A DNA stretch of 63,563 bases, filler included, from an uncultured bacterium (GTDB taxonomy: Bacteria; CAYUVA01), in the NCBI GenBank assembly GCA_964448115.1. It is 5 parts of 4 records of this genome, joined end to end, with 100 filler letters (N's around TTAATTAATTAA, not from the genome) between each part and the next. Parts side by side here need not be neighbours in the genome. Positions count along the whole stretch, not along the records: positions 23,152 to 52,886 come from CAYUVA010000007.1; positions 52,987 to 60,754 come from CAYUVA010000012.1; positions 60,855 to 63,563 come from CAYUVA010000084.1; 2 more parts are not named here. One strand, given 5' to 3'. Below the pieces are notes generated by a model. It made no database searches and was not told the origin of the DNA. It saw only the letters and a list, made by a program, of their open reading frames with translations. Position 1 is the first letter of the stretch, and each line of letters opens with the position of its first letter. Made by a program: the position numbers and the translations under genes. Positions 51,747-61,144 of this stretch are shown here, piece after piece.

Positions 51747-52886
51747 TCACTCCGGTGGGGGACCGGTGTTCCCATCCGCATCGGTCTTGATAAGATAGAC
51801 ATCAGTACAACCAGCGCCATAAGACTCTGTATAACCAGCGATTATATATCCCCCATCCGTGGTCTGGGCCACGCTATAGCCTTCATCATACATACTTCCT
51901 CCGAATGTCTTCTGCCAGAGCATATTTCCATTAGCATCGGTCTTGATAAGATAGACATCACCAGTAAAAAATAAAAAACCATCATATGAACCAGCGATTA
52001 TATATCCCCCATCCGTGGTTTGGGCCACGCTGTAGCCTTCATCCGAATTACTTCCCCCGAAGGTCTTCTGCCAAAGCATATTCCCCGAAGCATCCGTCTT
52101 GATTAGATAGACATCAGCAGAACCTGCGCCATAAGAATATGTAGAACCAGCGACTATATATCCCCCATCCGTGGTCTGGGCGACGCTATAGCCTTTATCC
52201 AAACTACTTCCCCCGAATGTCTTCTGCCAGAGCATATTCCCCGAAGCATCCGTCTTGATAAGATAGACATCACCTCCAGCAATTAAATAACTATCATACA
52301 AACCAGCGATTATATATCCTCCATCCGTGGTCTGGACGACGCTATAGCCTTTATCTTCATCACTTCCCCCGAAGGTCTTCTGCCAGAGCATATTCCCCGA
52401 AGCATCCGTCTTGATAAGATAGACATCAAAATTACCTGCGCCATAAGACCATGTTTCACTAGCGATTATATATCCCCCATCCGTGGTTTGGGCCACGCTA
52501 TTGCCACAATCAAAATCACTTCCCCCGAAGGTCTTCTGCCAGAGCATATTCCCCGAAGCATCGGTCTTGATAAGATAGACATCAGCAAAACCTGCGCCAT
52601 AAGACCCTGTATAACCAGCGATTATATATCCCCCATCCGTGGTCTGGGCCACGCTTCTGCCTTCATCCCAACTTCTTCCCCCGAATGTCTTCTGCCAGAG
52701 CATATTCCCCGAAGCATCCGTCTTGATAAGATAGACATCATCGTTACCTGCGCCATAAGAAGATGTAGTACCAGCGATAATATATCCCCCATCCGTGGTC
52801 TGGGCCACGCTATAGCCTTTATCTTCATCACTTCCCCCGAAGGTCTTCTGCCAGGGGTTGGGATCATAAGTCGGTGTTGATGTAGG
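51747..52886 (-). CDS. Seven-bladed beta-propeller repeat protein after a PT linker, 5'-truncated
   Basis: Frame open from the gap (PTSTPTYDPNPWQKTFGG); seven 50-aa repeats WQKTFGG...QTTDGGYII...DVYLIKTD. Confidence 0.85.
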   Translation of the reverse strand, partial: PTSTPTYDPNPWQKTFGGSDEDKGYSVAQTTDGGYIIAGTTSSYGAGNDDVYLIKTDASGNMLWQKTFGGRSWDEGRSVAQTTDGGYIIAGYTGSYGAGFADVYLIKTDASGNMLWQKTFGGSDFDCGNSVAQTTDGGYIIASETWSYGAGNFDVYLIKTDASGNMLWQKTFGGSDEDKGYSVVQTTDGGYIIAGLYDSYLIAGGDVYLIKTDASGNMLWQKTFGGSSLDKGYSVAQTTDGGYIVAGSTYSYGAGSADVYLIKTDASGNMLWQKTFGGSNSDEGYSVAQTTDGGYIIAGSYDGFLFFTGDVYLIKTDANGNMLWQKTFGGSMYDEGYSVAQTTDGGYIIAGYTESYGAGCTDVYLIKTDADGNTGPPPE

Positions 52887-52986
52887 NNNNNNNNNNNNNN
52901 NNNNNNNNNNNNNNNNNNNNNNNNNNNNNNTTAATTAATTAANNNNNNNNNNNNNNNNNNNNNNNNNNNNNNNNNNNNNNNNNNNN
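52887..52986. other. Artificial contig linker
   Basis: N44-TTAATTAATTAA-N44. Confidence 0.97.
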
Positions 52987-53633
52987 CGTCACAAGTGCTT
53001 TCAATGGTCTCGCCTTCGATTGAGGCCTTCACCAGGACATTAGCCGACAAACAGGGATTCCCCAAGACCCTGGTCCTCAAGAAGGTGCTCGATCCCAAAA
53101 TGAGCACCTTCATTTGCCGTAATATCATCCCTGACAAGGGCGCCGGGAACTCATTTATCGCCTCCTTGCACAACACGGCTAACCCGACCATGATCAAAGC
53201 CGGCGAGAAGATAAATGTGATCCCGGAGAGGGCGGAGCTTATGGTTGACGGAAGGACCCTGCCCGGCTATGAAAAGGAGGTGTTTCTAAAGGAAGTAAAA
53301 GATCTCATCGGCGATAGCTACCAGATAGAGGTAATCGACCACGCACCGCCAGTGGTCGCTGACTGGCACCACGATATCTGCAAGCTGGCTGCCAGGGTGA
53401 TAAACAAGCTGGAGCCGGGAAGCGATGTGATACCCTATTTTCTTACCGGCTTCACCGATGCCAGGCACCTTAACTCACTTGGTATCCCCACCTTTGGCTT
53501 CATACCGATGCGGCTGTCTCCTGATGACAAGATCGCCGAGCTAATCCACGGCGTAGATGAGAGGATAAGCATCGATGCGCTGAACTTCGGGGTACAGGCG
53601 CTCTATGAACTAGTGAGTGAATATTGCACATAG
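52987..53633 (+). CDS. M20/M25/M40 metallopeptidase, C-terminal part
   Basis: AGEKINVIP, DGRTLPG, GFTDARH, IHGVDERI. Confidence 0.88.
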
Positions 53634-53674
53634 CATAAGAATTATTCATAAGGAAAGGAACGGAATAAAGGGAT

Positions 53675-54583
53675 TTGACAGATAACAGACCGGATAGCAA
53701 CTATATTTACTCTTATTACAACGATGAGGATGTAAGCGAACGGAAACAGGAGCCGCCCTCATTTTTCAGCCGCCACAAGCATCTGCTTTTGCTCCTGGCT
53801 ACCATGTTCACTACTACTACAGCCTTTGGTCCTCTATTTTCCATCGCATTGTTAGCCATCTTAGGTGCGCATGAGATGGGGCATTACATGGTGGGCAGAT
53901 ACTACGGCATTGATGTAACGCTTCCCTATTTCATCCCTAGTCCACTCCCGCCGGGGACATTCGGCGCGGTCATACTTATAAAATCCCCCATGCCCGACAA
54001 CAAGGCGATCTTCGATATGGGCATCGCCGGTCCCCTAGCCGGGCTGGTGATAACGATACCTGTCATTATACTCGGCATCTCGCTATCGCCCCTTGAACCT
54101 CAAAGCAGCCTGGTTGGTGGCAATTATGTTCTGGGAGAGCCTCTTATATTCAAGTGGTTATCATATCTAATCAAGGGCAATGTACCCGATGATTACATCC
54201 TTACGCTTCACCCGGTAGCGCTTGCCGGCTGGTTCGGCTTGCTGGTTACCGCCATCAACCTGTTTCCAGTGGGGCAACTGGATGGAGGGCATATATCCTA
54301 TGCTCTCTTTGGTGCACAGAGAGCCAGAAGCATAGGTGTTTTCGTTCTGATTTGCTTTGGCATTATGTCCCTGTTTTGGGCTGGATGGATGATATGGATT
54401 ATGCTCATTTTATTGGTGATTCACCTTCGTCATCCACCACCGACAAATCCTTATGGCAGGATAACCGGCTGGCGTAGAATACTTGGATACCTCTGCTATG
54501 TGATATTGATACTCTGCGTTACGCCGATCCCGATAACTTATGTGGAGTATATTCCGTTGGAGCCTAGCGGTATGTGGGTCTAG
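53675..54583 (+). CDS. Site-2 protease (M50 family)
   Basis: AHEMGH, GTFGA, IAGPLAG, NLFPVGQLDGGH. Confidence 0.92.
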   Translation: MTDNRPDSNYIYSYYNDEDVSERKQEPPSFFSRHKHLLLLLATMFTTTTAFGPLFSIALLAILGAHEMGHYMVGRYYGIDVTLPYFIPSPLPPGTFGAVILIKSPMPDNKAIFDMGIAGPLAGLVITIPVIILGISLSPLEPQSSLVGGNYVLGEPLIFKWLSYLIKGNVPDDYILTLHPVALAGWFGLLVTAINLFPVGQLDGGHISYALFGAQRARSIGVFVLICFGIMSLFWAGWMIWIMLILLVIHLRHPPPTNPYGRITGWRRILGYLCYVILILCVTPIPITYVEYIPLEPSGMWV

Positions 54584-54627
54584 GGAGAGGATTTAGACCT
54601 TAAACTTTAGGTAAGAAGGAAGGAAAA

Positions 54628-54766
54628 TCACGCATAGACGCTCACGCAAAGGCGCAAAGAAGAAAGGAGGATCACGCAAAGACGCAAAGACGCAAAGGGA
54701 GATAAAGAACGGTATCACGGTACCACGGTACCACTTCCTTCTTTGTGCCTTAGTGCCTTTGTGGTT
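54628..54766. repeat. CACGCAAAG-type and AACCACAAAG-type extragenic repeats
   Basis: 54628-54690 is an inverted copy of 58163-58225 (57/63); 54713-54766 is an inverted copy of 44549-44602 (48/54). Confidence 0.8.
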
Positions 54767-54803
54767 TCTTTCTTCTTTTCTCTAAAGCCTAGAGCCTTGT
54801 AAA

Positions 54804-56834
54804 ATGTGTGGAATAGTTGCCATCCTCGATAGAACCGGCGATCGCTCCCCAGGCAAACACGCCCTGAAGCGGATGCTGGAACTCATGCAGCATCGCGGTC
54901 CCGACCAGGAAGGTGCCTACCATAAGGGTTCAGTCGCCCTCGGTGCCAGGAGGCTCAAGGTCATAGACCTGGAAGGGAGCAGGCAACCAGCGACCAACGA
55001 GGACGGCTCGATCCATGTCGTATTCAACGGGGAGATCTACAACTATCGGCAACTGCGCCAGGAGTTAACCGCGCGGGGACATCGCCTCACCGAAAAAGGG
55101 GACACCGAGGTCTTGGTTCACCTTTACGAGCAGCACGGACTCGATATGCTAAAACATCTGAACGGCATGTTCGCCTTTGCGCTCTGGGATGAGAGAAGAA
55201 AGGAGCTTTTTCTCGCCAGGGATCGCATAGGAATCAAACCGCTCTACTACTACCTCGATGATGAGCTTTTCATCGCATCATCATCCCTACAAGCCATGCT
55301 ATTATGCTTGGATATCCCTCTTGAGATCGACCCTAATGCCCTGGCGCAGTACCTTATGTTCGAGTACAACCTGGCGCCGCTTACTATTATCAACCGCATC
55401 CGCAAGCTGGCGCCAGGGCATTATCTTCGTGTTGGAGGCGATTCGATGGATAGCGGATGCTATTGGCAGCCTGAGTTGAGCGAAGAGGTTGGCTTTCTTG
55501 GGATGAAGGAAGCAGCGATGCGGCTCACCGACCTGCTCGCATCGAGCCTTGAAATGCAGTCCATAAGCGATGCTCCGCTCGGCATCTTGCTAAGCGGAGG
55601 CTTGGATTCGGGCAGCCTGCTCGCCATGTTGCACCGGATCGGCTGCCGCGGGATACAGGCATTCACCATCGGCTTCAAGGATCAACAGTTCGATGAGAGC
55701 AGCAACGCAAAGGCTGTGGCAGAGAGGTTCGAGGCAAAATTGCATCTCGAATACCTCACCGAAAAAAACCTGCTCGAACTGGTGCCGGCAGCGATGGATT
55801 GCCTGGAGGAGCCGCTGGCTGATGCCTCGATAATACCGACCTACCTGGTCTGCAAGACCGCTCGACAACTTATGACCGCAGCGCTGGCTGGCGATGGCGG
55901 AGACGAGCTGTTTGCAGGTTATCGCACCCATCGTGCGCATCTTATTGCCCGAATGCTGGAGGGACGAGACCTGTTTTTTAGCCTTGTTTCTCGGCTTGTG
56001 CAGCATAAAAGCGATAAGAGCCAGGAGTTTTCACTGGTCTTCAAGCTGCGCAAGTTCCTCAAGGGGATGCGCTACCCACCCTCGCTTCGCAACCAGGCCT
56101 GGTGGGGGGCTTATGACCTGGAGGAGCTTGCCGAGGCGCTTTTACCACAGGTCGCTGTTACCTTGGATGCTTGGTCCTGGCTGGCGCCATCATGTTTCTA
56201 CACAAGCCTATCCCCCCATTCATCCCCCCCAAGTTCGGGGGGGAGAAAGAGGATGGGATGCCTCAAGCCCCAAGCCTCTTTCCCCTTCATCCCCTTAAAG
56301 TTTGGGGGGGATAAAGAGGTTGGGATACATCGAGCCTCGAGCCTAAATCACATTCTTTGGCAGGATCTGCGCTGCTACCTGGCGAACGATCTGCTCCCCA
56401 AGGTCGATATGATGAGCATGGCGAACAGCCTGGAGGTGCGGGTGCCGTACCTGGATCACCGCATCGTTGAGTTCATGTTTAGCCTGCCATCAAGCTATAA
56501 GCTGCGTCTGCTCGGTCGCTCCAAACGTATCTTGCGCCATGCGATGAGGGATAGGCTCCCAAAGTCGGTGCTCAAAGGGGGCAAGCGCGGTTTTGATGTG
56601 CCGCTGGGGCGCTGGCTGCGTGGCAAGCTGTTTGACTTCGCGCAAGATTGGCTGTTTGGCTCAAATCTCATCTCGAGCGAATTTATCAACCCATCCTTTG
56701 TCAGGCGAATAATTGATGAACATAATAAGGGCATTAGGAACAATCGGCAACTTATTTGGACTCTGATTGTGTTAAACTATTGGCACGAGAGGATACTAAC
56801 CATCCGCGAGAAGGGAGTAAGGCTATGGGAGTAA
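54804..56834 (+). CDS. asnB: Asparagine synthase (glutamine-hydrolysing) family amidotransferase
   Basis: MCGI, HRGPD, FNGEIYN, ARDRIGIKPL, LSGGLDS, GDGGDELFAGY, KVD...SLEVRVPYLD; carries an internal repeat insertion. Confidence 0.93.
   Translation: MCGIVAILDRTGDRSPGKHALKRMLELMQHRGPDQEGAYHKGSVALGARRLKVIDLEGSRQPATNEDGSIHVVFNGEIYNYRQLRQELTARGHRLTEKGDTEVLVHLYEQHGLDMLKHLNGMFAFALWDERRKELFLARDRIGIKPLYYYLDDELFIASSSLQAMLLCLDIPLEIDPNALAQYLMFEYNLAPLTIINRIRKLAPGHYLRVGGDSMDSGCYWQPELSEEVGFLGMKEAAMRLTDLLASSLEMQSISDAPLGILLSGGLDSGSLLAMLHRIGCRGIQAFTIGFKDQQFDESSNAKAVAERFEAKLHLEYLTEKNLLELVPAAMDCLEEPLADASIIPTYLVCKTARQLMTAALAGDGGDELFAGYRTHRAHLIARMLEGRDLFFSLVSRLVQHKSDKSQEFSLVFKLRKFLKGMRYPPSLRNQAWWGAYDLEELAEALLPQVAVTLDAWSWLAPSCFYTSLSPHSSPPSSGGRKRMGCLKPQASFPFIPLKFGGDKEVGIHRASSLNHILWQDLRCYLANDLLPKVDMMSMANSLEVRVPYLDHRIVEFMFSLPSSYKLRLLGRSKRILRHAMRDRLPKSVLKGGKRGFDVPLGRWLRGKLFDFAQDWLFGSNLISSEFINPSFVRRIIDEHNKGIRNNRQLIWTLIVLNYWHERILTIREKGVRLWE
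56203..56344. repeat. Tandem palindromic repeat inserted in-frame in asnB
   Basis: Two copies of TCCCC..TTCATCCCC..AAG...GGGGGGGA.AAAGAGG.TGGGAT separated and flanked by GCCTC[AG]A heptamers. Confidence 0.75.
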
Positions 56835-58144
56835 GGCTGATAACTGATAGCTTGATCGCCGAAAAAGACTCCGAGCACAAGCTAACAAGCCAACAGCTTT
56901 CGGAACTCAAGACCAGGGTGCTCGAGATCATTGACCAGTTGATGAATAATCCCAATGAGAAAGAAGAAGCATATCTTGAGCTTCCAGGAAAAACCAAGCT
57001 ATGGGACATCCGCGATTGGGCTAGGCATCACAAGGGTTCCTATGACGCTGTCGTGCATGTCGGCATCGGTGGCTCAGGTCTGGGAGCGATCACCATAGTT
57101 AGGGCTATCTACGGCAAGCATACCGAGCTTTTTAGCGATGAACGACCGCGATTTTACGCTATAGACAACATCGATCCATTTACTATCAGGTATATTCTCG
57201 AATCCATCGACCTTGAGAGCACCATGTTCCATATCGTAACCAAGTCAGGCAACACGCTGGAGACCATATCTGTCTTCTCCGAGATCTGGCGCAGGTTATA
57301 TTCGGCTTTGGGCGATAAAGCAGGCTCCCGCATAGTGATAAGCACCGGCGAAAGCGGTTTTATCAAGGACTTGGCGAGTAGTATCGATTATTGCTTCGAG
57401 ATACCAGGGCATCTGGCAGGTAGATTTTCCGTGCTTTCGCCGGTGGGGCTGGTAACCGCTGAGCTGATGGGCATTGACAGCGAGGGGCTTCTTGCTGGAG
57501 CAAGGGATGCTATTAAGGGCATGAAAAGCATCGATGCGGGCAATATTCTCGATAACCCAGCGGCGAGTTTCGCATTGTTCAATTACCTTTATGCCACCCA
57601 AAAGGGATGCAACATGGTTGTCATGTTCGCCTACTCGGATCGACTGTATGACCTGGCTGATTGGTTCCGCCAGTTGTGGGCAGAGAGCCTGGGCAAGGAA
57701 AAAAGCCTCGATGGCGAGATGGTCAATGTGGGGCAGACGCCGATCAAGGCGCTGGGCACCACGGATCAGCACTCGCAGGTACAGCTTTACTTCGAGGGTC
57801 CCTACGACAAGGTAATCTACATGCTCAAGCCGATGAACTACGGCTGCGACCTGGTTGTCCCCCACAGCCTGGGCGACGATAAGCGCATCAAGTATATGCA
57901 AAGCAAGAGCTTGAGCCAGATTTACCATGCTGCGCTGGATGGAACCATGCAGGCGCTAACCGAGAGCGATCGACCGGTAGGGCTGTTCGAGATCGACCAG
58001 GTTGATGCCTATCACCTGGGGTATCTGTTTATGGCATTTATGGTCGCCACCTCCATTGCCGGCAAGCTGTACAACATCAACGCCTATAATCAGCCAGGGG
58101 TTGCGAAGCCCAAGGAAGAAACAAAGAAGATATTGCTAGGGTAG
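56825..58144 (+). CDS. pgi: Glucose-6-phosphate isomerase
   Basis: GIGGSGLG, KSGNTLET, GRFSVLS, QLWAESLGK, DQHSQVQ, YNQPGV; ATG 56825 after GGGAG. Confidence 0.92.
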   Translation: MGVRLITDSLIAEKDSEHKLTSQQLSELKTRVLEIIDQLMNNPNEKEEAYLELPGKTKLWDIRDWARHHKGSYDAVVHVGIGGSGLGAITIVRAIYGKHTELFSDERPRFYAIDNIDPFTIRYILESIDLESTMFHIVTKSGNTLETISVFSEIWRRLYSALGDKAGSRIVISTGESGFIKDLASSIDYCFEIPGHLAGRFSVLSPVGLVTAELMGIDSEGLLAGARDAIKGMKSIDAGNILDNPAASFALFNYLYATQKGCNMVVMFAYSDRLYDLADWFRQLWAESLGKEKSLDGEMVNVGQTPIKALGTTDQHSQVQLYFEGPYDKVIYMLKPMNYGCDLVVPHSLGDDKRIKYMQSKSLSQIYHAALDGTMQALTESDRPVGLFEIDQVDAYHLGYLFMAFMVATSIAGKLYNINAYNQPGVAKPKEETKKILLG

Positions 58145-58162
58145 TATGTCTTTTCTCATCCT

Positions 58163-58225
58163 TCTTTGCGTCTTTGCGTGATTCTCCTTTCTCCTTTGCG
58201 TCTTTGCGTGAGCGTTTTTTCGTGA
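58163..58225. repeat. CTTTGCGT-type extragenic repeat (inverted partner of 54628-54690)
   Basis: 57/63 identity to revcomp of 54628-54690. Confidence 0.8.
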
Positions 58226-58243
58226 GTCTCTTTCTTTCCTCTC

Positions 58244-59278
58244 TCAAGCCTCAAACCTTTCCTCGGTCTGATATGCGCAATTGAGCAGGTCGCAGTTGCG
58301 CTGGCAGCGAGCCATGAAATGCCTCATATTGGCAGCCTTCTCGCTGTGCCAGACCACCTTTGGCTCATCGTGGTGGATGTTACCGATGGGATCGGTGAAG
58401 AAGCAAAGCATCATATCCCCCTGCGGGTTCATTACCAGCGAGTTCTCCCCTACCCTGCAAAAGGGGAGCGTCTTTCGATTCGGGTCTCGATAGTATCGCT
58501 TCATAAGCTCCAACTGGGCGATGCTGTTGTTGATCGGGCAGCCAGCTTCTCTCATGCTGATCAGCTTGTCGAGTATCCTGTCAACCTGCGCCAGGTCATC
58601 GGGGAACAGCTCACTTTTCTTATACCAGTTCATATCGAATGGTGCGCCGAAGTTCTGGTAGAGCACCTGGAGGTTGAACAGCATCCCCCGACTCTCAGCC
58701 AGTTCAGCGAGACGAGGCAACTGTTCGATATTGAGCCTGGTCATCACCGAGGCGATGGTAATATTGGTGTCAGCTTGTTTTTTTCTCCGTTGCATATCGA
58801 GTGCATCGATAGCCCTTTGCGCCATTCCATGTGCATTATCGAGGTTGCGCAGTCTGTTGTGGATCTCAGGCTCAATCGACTCCAAGGAGACATTGATCGA
58901 GCCGACTCCAAGCTCGATCAGCCTTTGTGCCATCTTATCATCGATGCGATAGCCATTTGTGGTTATCACGGTAAACACGCCAAGCTCTCGGCATAGTGCC
59001 AAAATATCGAGGAAACCGGGATAATCGAGCGGCTCGCCTCCAGCAAAGTCGATGCGACAAGCCCCCAGCCAACCCACCAGCTTTCTTATTGCGTCCTTCC
59101 ACTTGTTTAGCTCTGGTTCATCATTTACCGTCATGGGGTGATAATCGCAATAAAGGCATCTTCCTGAACATCTATAGGTTATACTGATGTGGATATTACT
59201 AGGCTTTGCATCATAGTAAGGCTGGTTTTCTTCCTGTCCGCTCTTTTTGGAAAGGTTGCCGAGCAATCTTTTTTTCAT
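58244..59278 (-). CDS. Radical SAM protein with SPASM/twitch-like C-terminus
   Basis: CSGRCLYC, GGEP, TTNG, VSLES; C-terminal CRVG...GDMMLC...IGNI...CQRNC..LNC. Confidence 0.88.
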   Translation of the reverse strand: MKKRLLGNLSKKSGQEENQPYYDAKPSNIHISITYRCSGRCLYCDYHPMTVNDEPELNKWKDAIRKLVGWLGACRIDFAGGEPLDYPGFLDILALCRELGVFTVITTNGYRIDDKMAQRLIELGVGSINVSLESIEPEIHNRLRNLDNAHGMAQRAIDALDMQRRKKQADTNITIASVMTRLNIEQLPRLAELAESRGMLFNLQVLYQNFGAPFDMNWYKKSELFPDDLAQVDRILDKLISMREAGCPINNSIAQLELMKRYYRDPNRKTLPFCRVGENSLVMNPQGDMMLCFFTDPIGNIHHDEPKVVWHSEKAANMRHFMARCQRNCDLLNCAYQTEERFEA

Positions 59279-59284
59279 AATAGC

Positions 59285-60754
59285 CTAGTTCCTTTTTTGG
59301 TCTGTGCTTTTCTTCCAGGCAGGCAGGATGATCTTCACTATCAACCCTCCATCTGGATGATTGCTCAATCTCAGGCTTCCCGAATGGCTCTCGATGATGC
59401 CGTAAGCGACGCTCAAGCCTAATCCAGAGCCTTCGCCAACCTCCTTGGTGGTGAAGAAGGGATCGAAGACCTTGCCTAGGATATCTTTATTGATGCCGGG
59501 ACCATTGTCTATGATGAAAAGCTGCACCTTATCTCCTGGATCAATCGAGCTTACCCTTATGGTTACGGTCGGTTTTCTTTGATTTTGTTGTCTTGCTGCC
59601 CACATGGCGTTATCGATTATATTCTGCAGCGCCTGTTTCAGCAGCCCCTTGTCCGCCCAGAGGTAAAGCTCTTTTTCCTTTTGCTCGATATTCAATTCGA
59701 TGTTTTGCTCTTTGATCATATCGATCCGAGCCTGTTTAATCTCCTCGATGATATAGTGGAGATTGACCGACTCGAACCTTGGATTATGGCTTCGGCTGAA
59801 GCTGAACAGGTTTCGCACTATGTCTCTTGCTTGTTCGCTATCCCGCATGATTCGTTCCAGTTTGTTCTTCAAGGCATCATCGCTCACCCTTCGCAGGGTC
59901 AGTTGAATATTGCCGATGATGCTTGCTAGCGGATTGTTTATCTCGTGCGCGATGCCGGCGATGATATCTGCCATGGAAGATAGCTTTTGTAGTTGCACCA
60001 TCTTCTCCCGAGCCTGCTTGTATTCGTTAAGCATTCTCTTGTAGTCGTAGTTTGCCTTGAGCAGCTTCTGGTGCATTTCTTTTAGCTTTCTCTCATTAGC
60101 CACTTGTTTGGAGATATCGCGGATTATCCCGATGGAGCCTTTAACCTTGCCATCAGGGTCGTAAAGAGCGGAGAGGGACAGGTTAACCGGGGATCTCTTG
60201 CCCTCCTTGGTTAGAATATTTACGATTATATCCTTGGATGTGCCCTTTTCCTTAGTCGTTTCCCAGGCTTCCAGTATCTTGACCGTATCCTCTGGATCGT
60301 AGATATCCATTACCGGCGAGTCTATAAGCTCCTCCATAGTGTAACCAGTTATGGTCTCGGTGCTATGATTGGCAAGGCGCAGGATGCCCGATTCATCGAC
60401 GAAAGTGAATGAATCCGGGCTTTTCTGCAACAGTTGATAGAACATGCTTCGGGAACTTTCTACCTCCTGAAGCTCGGCATAGTCGCTCAACGACCGTATA
60501 AGAAGCTGGTGGCAGAAACTCCAGTCCGCTGATTGGAGCAAATCACCCATCTTACCCGCTTCATTGCTCTCAATGTAAAGCAATCCCAACCTCCTGTTCC
60601 CTACTAGGGGAGCGATCACTACTTGAACTGAGGTATCATCCAATAATAGATTGGATATACGGTCTTTTTGCTGGCTACCGACCTCGATTAGGTCAATCTT
60701 TCGGTTATCGAATAGTGTTTTGCTCATCAGGTCTAGGTCATCCAGCCTCACCGA
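59285..60754 (-). CDS. PAS sensor histidine kinase, 5'-truncated
   Basis: PAS domain, IAHEINNPL H-box, NIIDNA, DNGPG, FDPFFTTK, GSGLGL. Confidence 0.92.
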   Translation of the reverse strand, partial: SVRLDDLDLMSKTLFDNRKIDLIEVGSQQKDRISNLLLDDTSVQVVIAPLVGNRRLGLLYIESNEAGKMGDLLQSADWSFCHQLLIRSLSDYAELQEVESSRSMFYQLLQKSPDSFTFVDESGILRLANHSTETITGYTMEELIDSPVMDIYDPEDTVKILEAWETTKEKGTSKDIIVNILTKEGKRSPVNLSLSALYDPDGKVKGSIGIIRDISKQVANERKLKEMHQKLLKANYDYKRMLNEYKQAREKMVQLQKLSSMADIIAGIAHEINNPLASIIGNIQLTLRRVSDDALKNKLERIMRDSEQARDIVRNLFSFSRSHNPRFESVNLHYIIEEIKQARIDMIKEQNIELNIEQKEKELYLWADKGLLKQALQNIIDNAMWAARQQNQRKPTVTIRVSSIDPGDKVQLFIIDNGPGINKDILGKVFDPFFTTKEVGEGSGLGLSVAYGIIESHSGSLRLSNHPDGGLIVKIILPAWKKSTDQKRN

Positions 60755-60854
60755 NNNNNNNNNNNNNNNNNNNNNNNNNNNNNNNNNNNNNNNNNNNNTT
60801 AATTAATTAANNNNNNNNNNNNNNNNNNNNNNNNNNNNNNNNNNNNNNNNNNNN
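60755..60854. other. Artificial contig linker
   Basis: N44-TTAATTAATTAA-N44. Confidence 0.97.
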
Positions 60855-61095
60855 TCGCCAGAATAAAAACATAGATAAGCTAGTTAAGACGCTTATCAAA
60901 TACTGTGATGAGGATGATATCATAAAATATAAGGAATTAACTTATAAAAATACTTTTTATCGAACAGAAAATGGGAAGCGGGTCAAGGTAGAGCTTGATG
61001 AAAGGCTGGTGATAATTTGCACATTTTTAAGATATAGAAATCATATTTTTCAACAACTTACAGCTCTCAACTGTCAAACTCGGGAAATACAATAA
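60855..61095 (+). mobile_element. Probable IS1634-like transposase remnant with right end
   Basis: AT-rich; translation ...KYKELTYKN...GKRVKVELDERLVII resembles IS1634 transposases; CTGTCAAACTCGGG at 61071-61084 resembles their terminal IR; lies at a contig end. Confidence 0.45.
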
Positions 61096-61144
61096 TATTA
61101 TTTAATATTTAATAATAAAATTAATTATTAATGATCCTCTCGAG

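Noticed and set aside
51747-52852. 150-bp tandem repeats as a CRISPR array or DGR template/variable pair
   Set aside because: Repeats are in-frame coding blades with no spacers, no cas or reverse transcriptase gene is in the window, and differences do not look adenine-specific
54628-54734. Short ACGCAAAG/ACCACGGT repeats as a mini-CRISPR or phase-variation SSR
   Set aside because: No repeat-spacer regularity, only 2-3 degenerate units, intergenic; better explained as a dispersed repeat family
58244-59278. Radical SAM/SPASM enzyme as a RiPP maturase
   Set aside because: No precursor peptide or RRE domain seen nearby; it directly follows a histidine kinase
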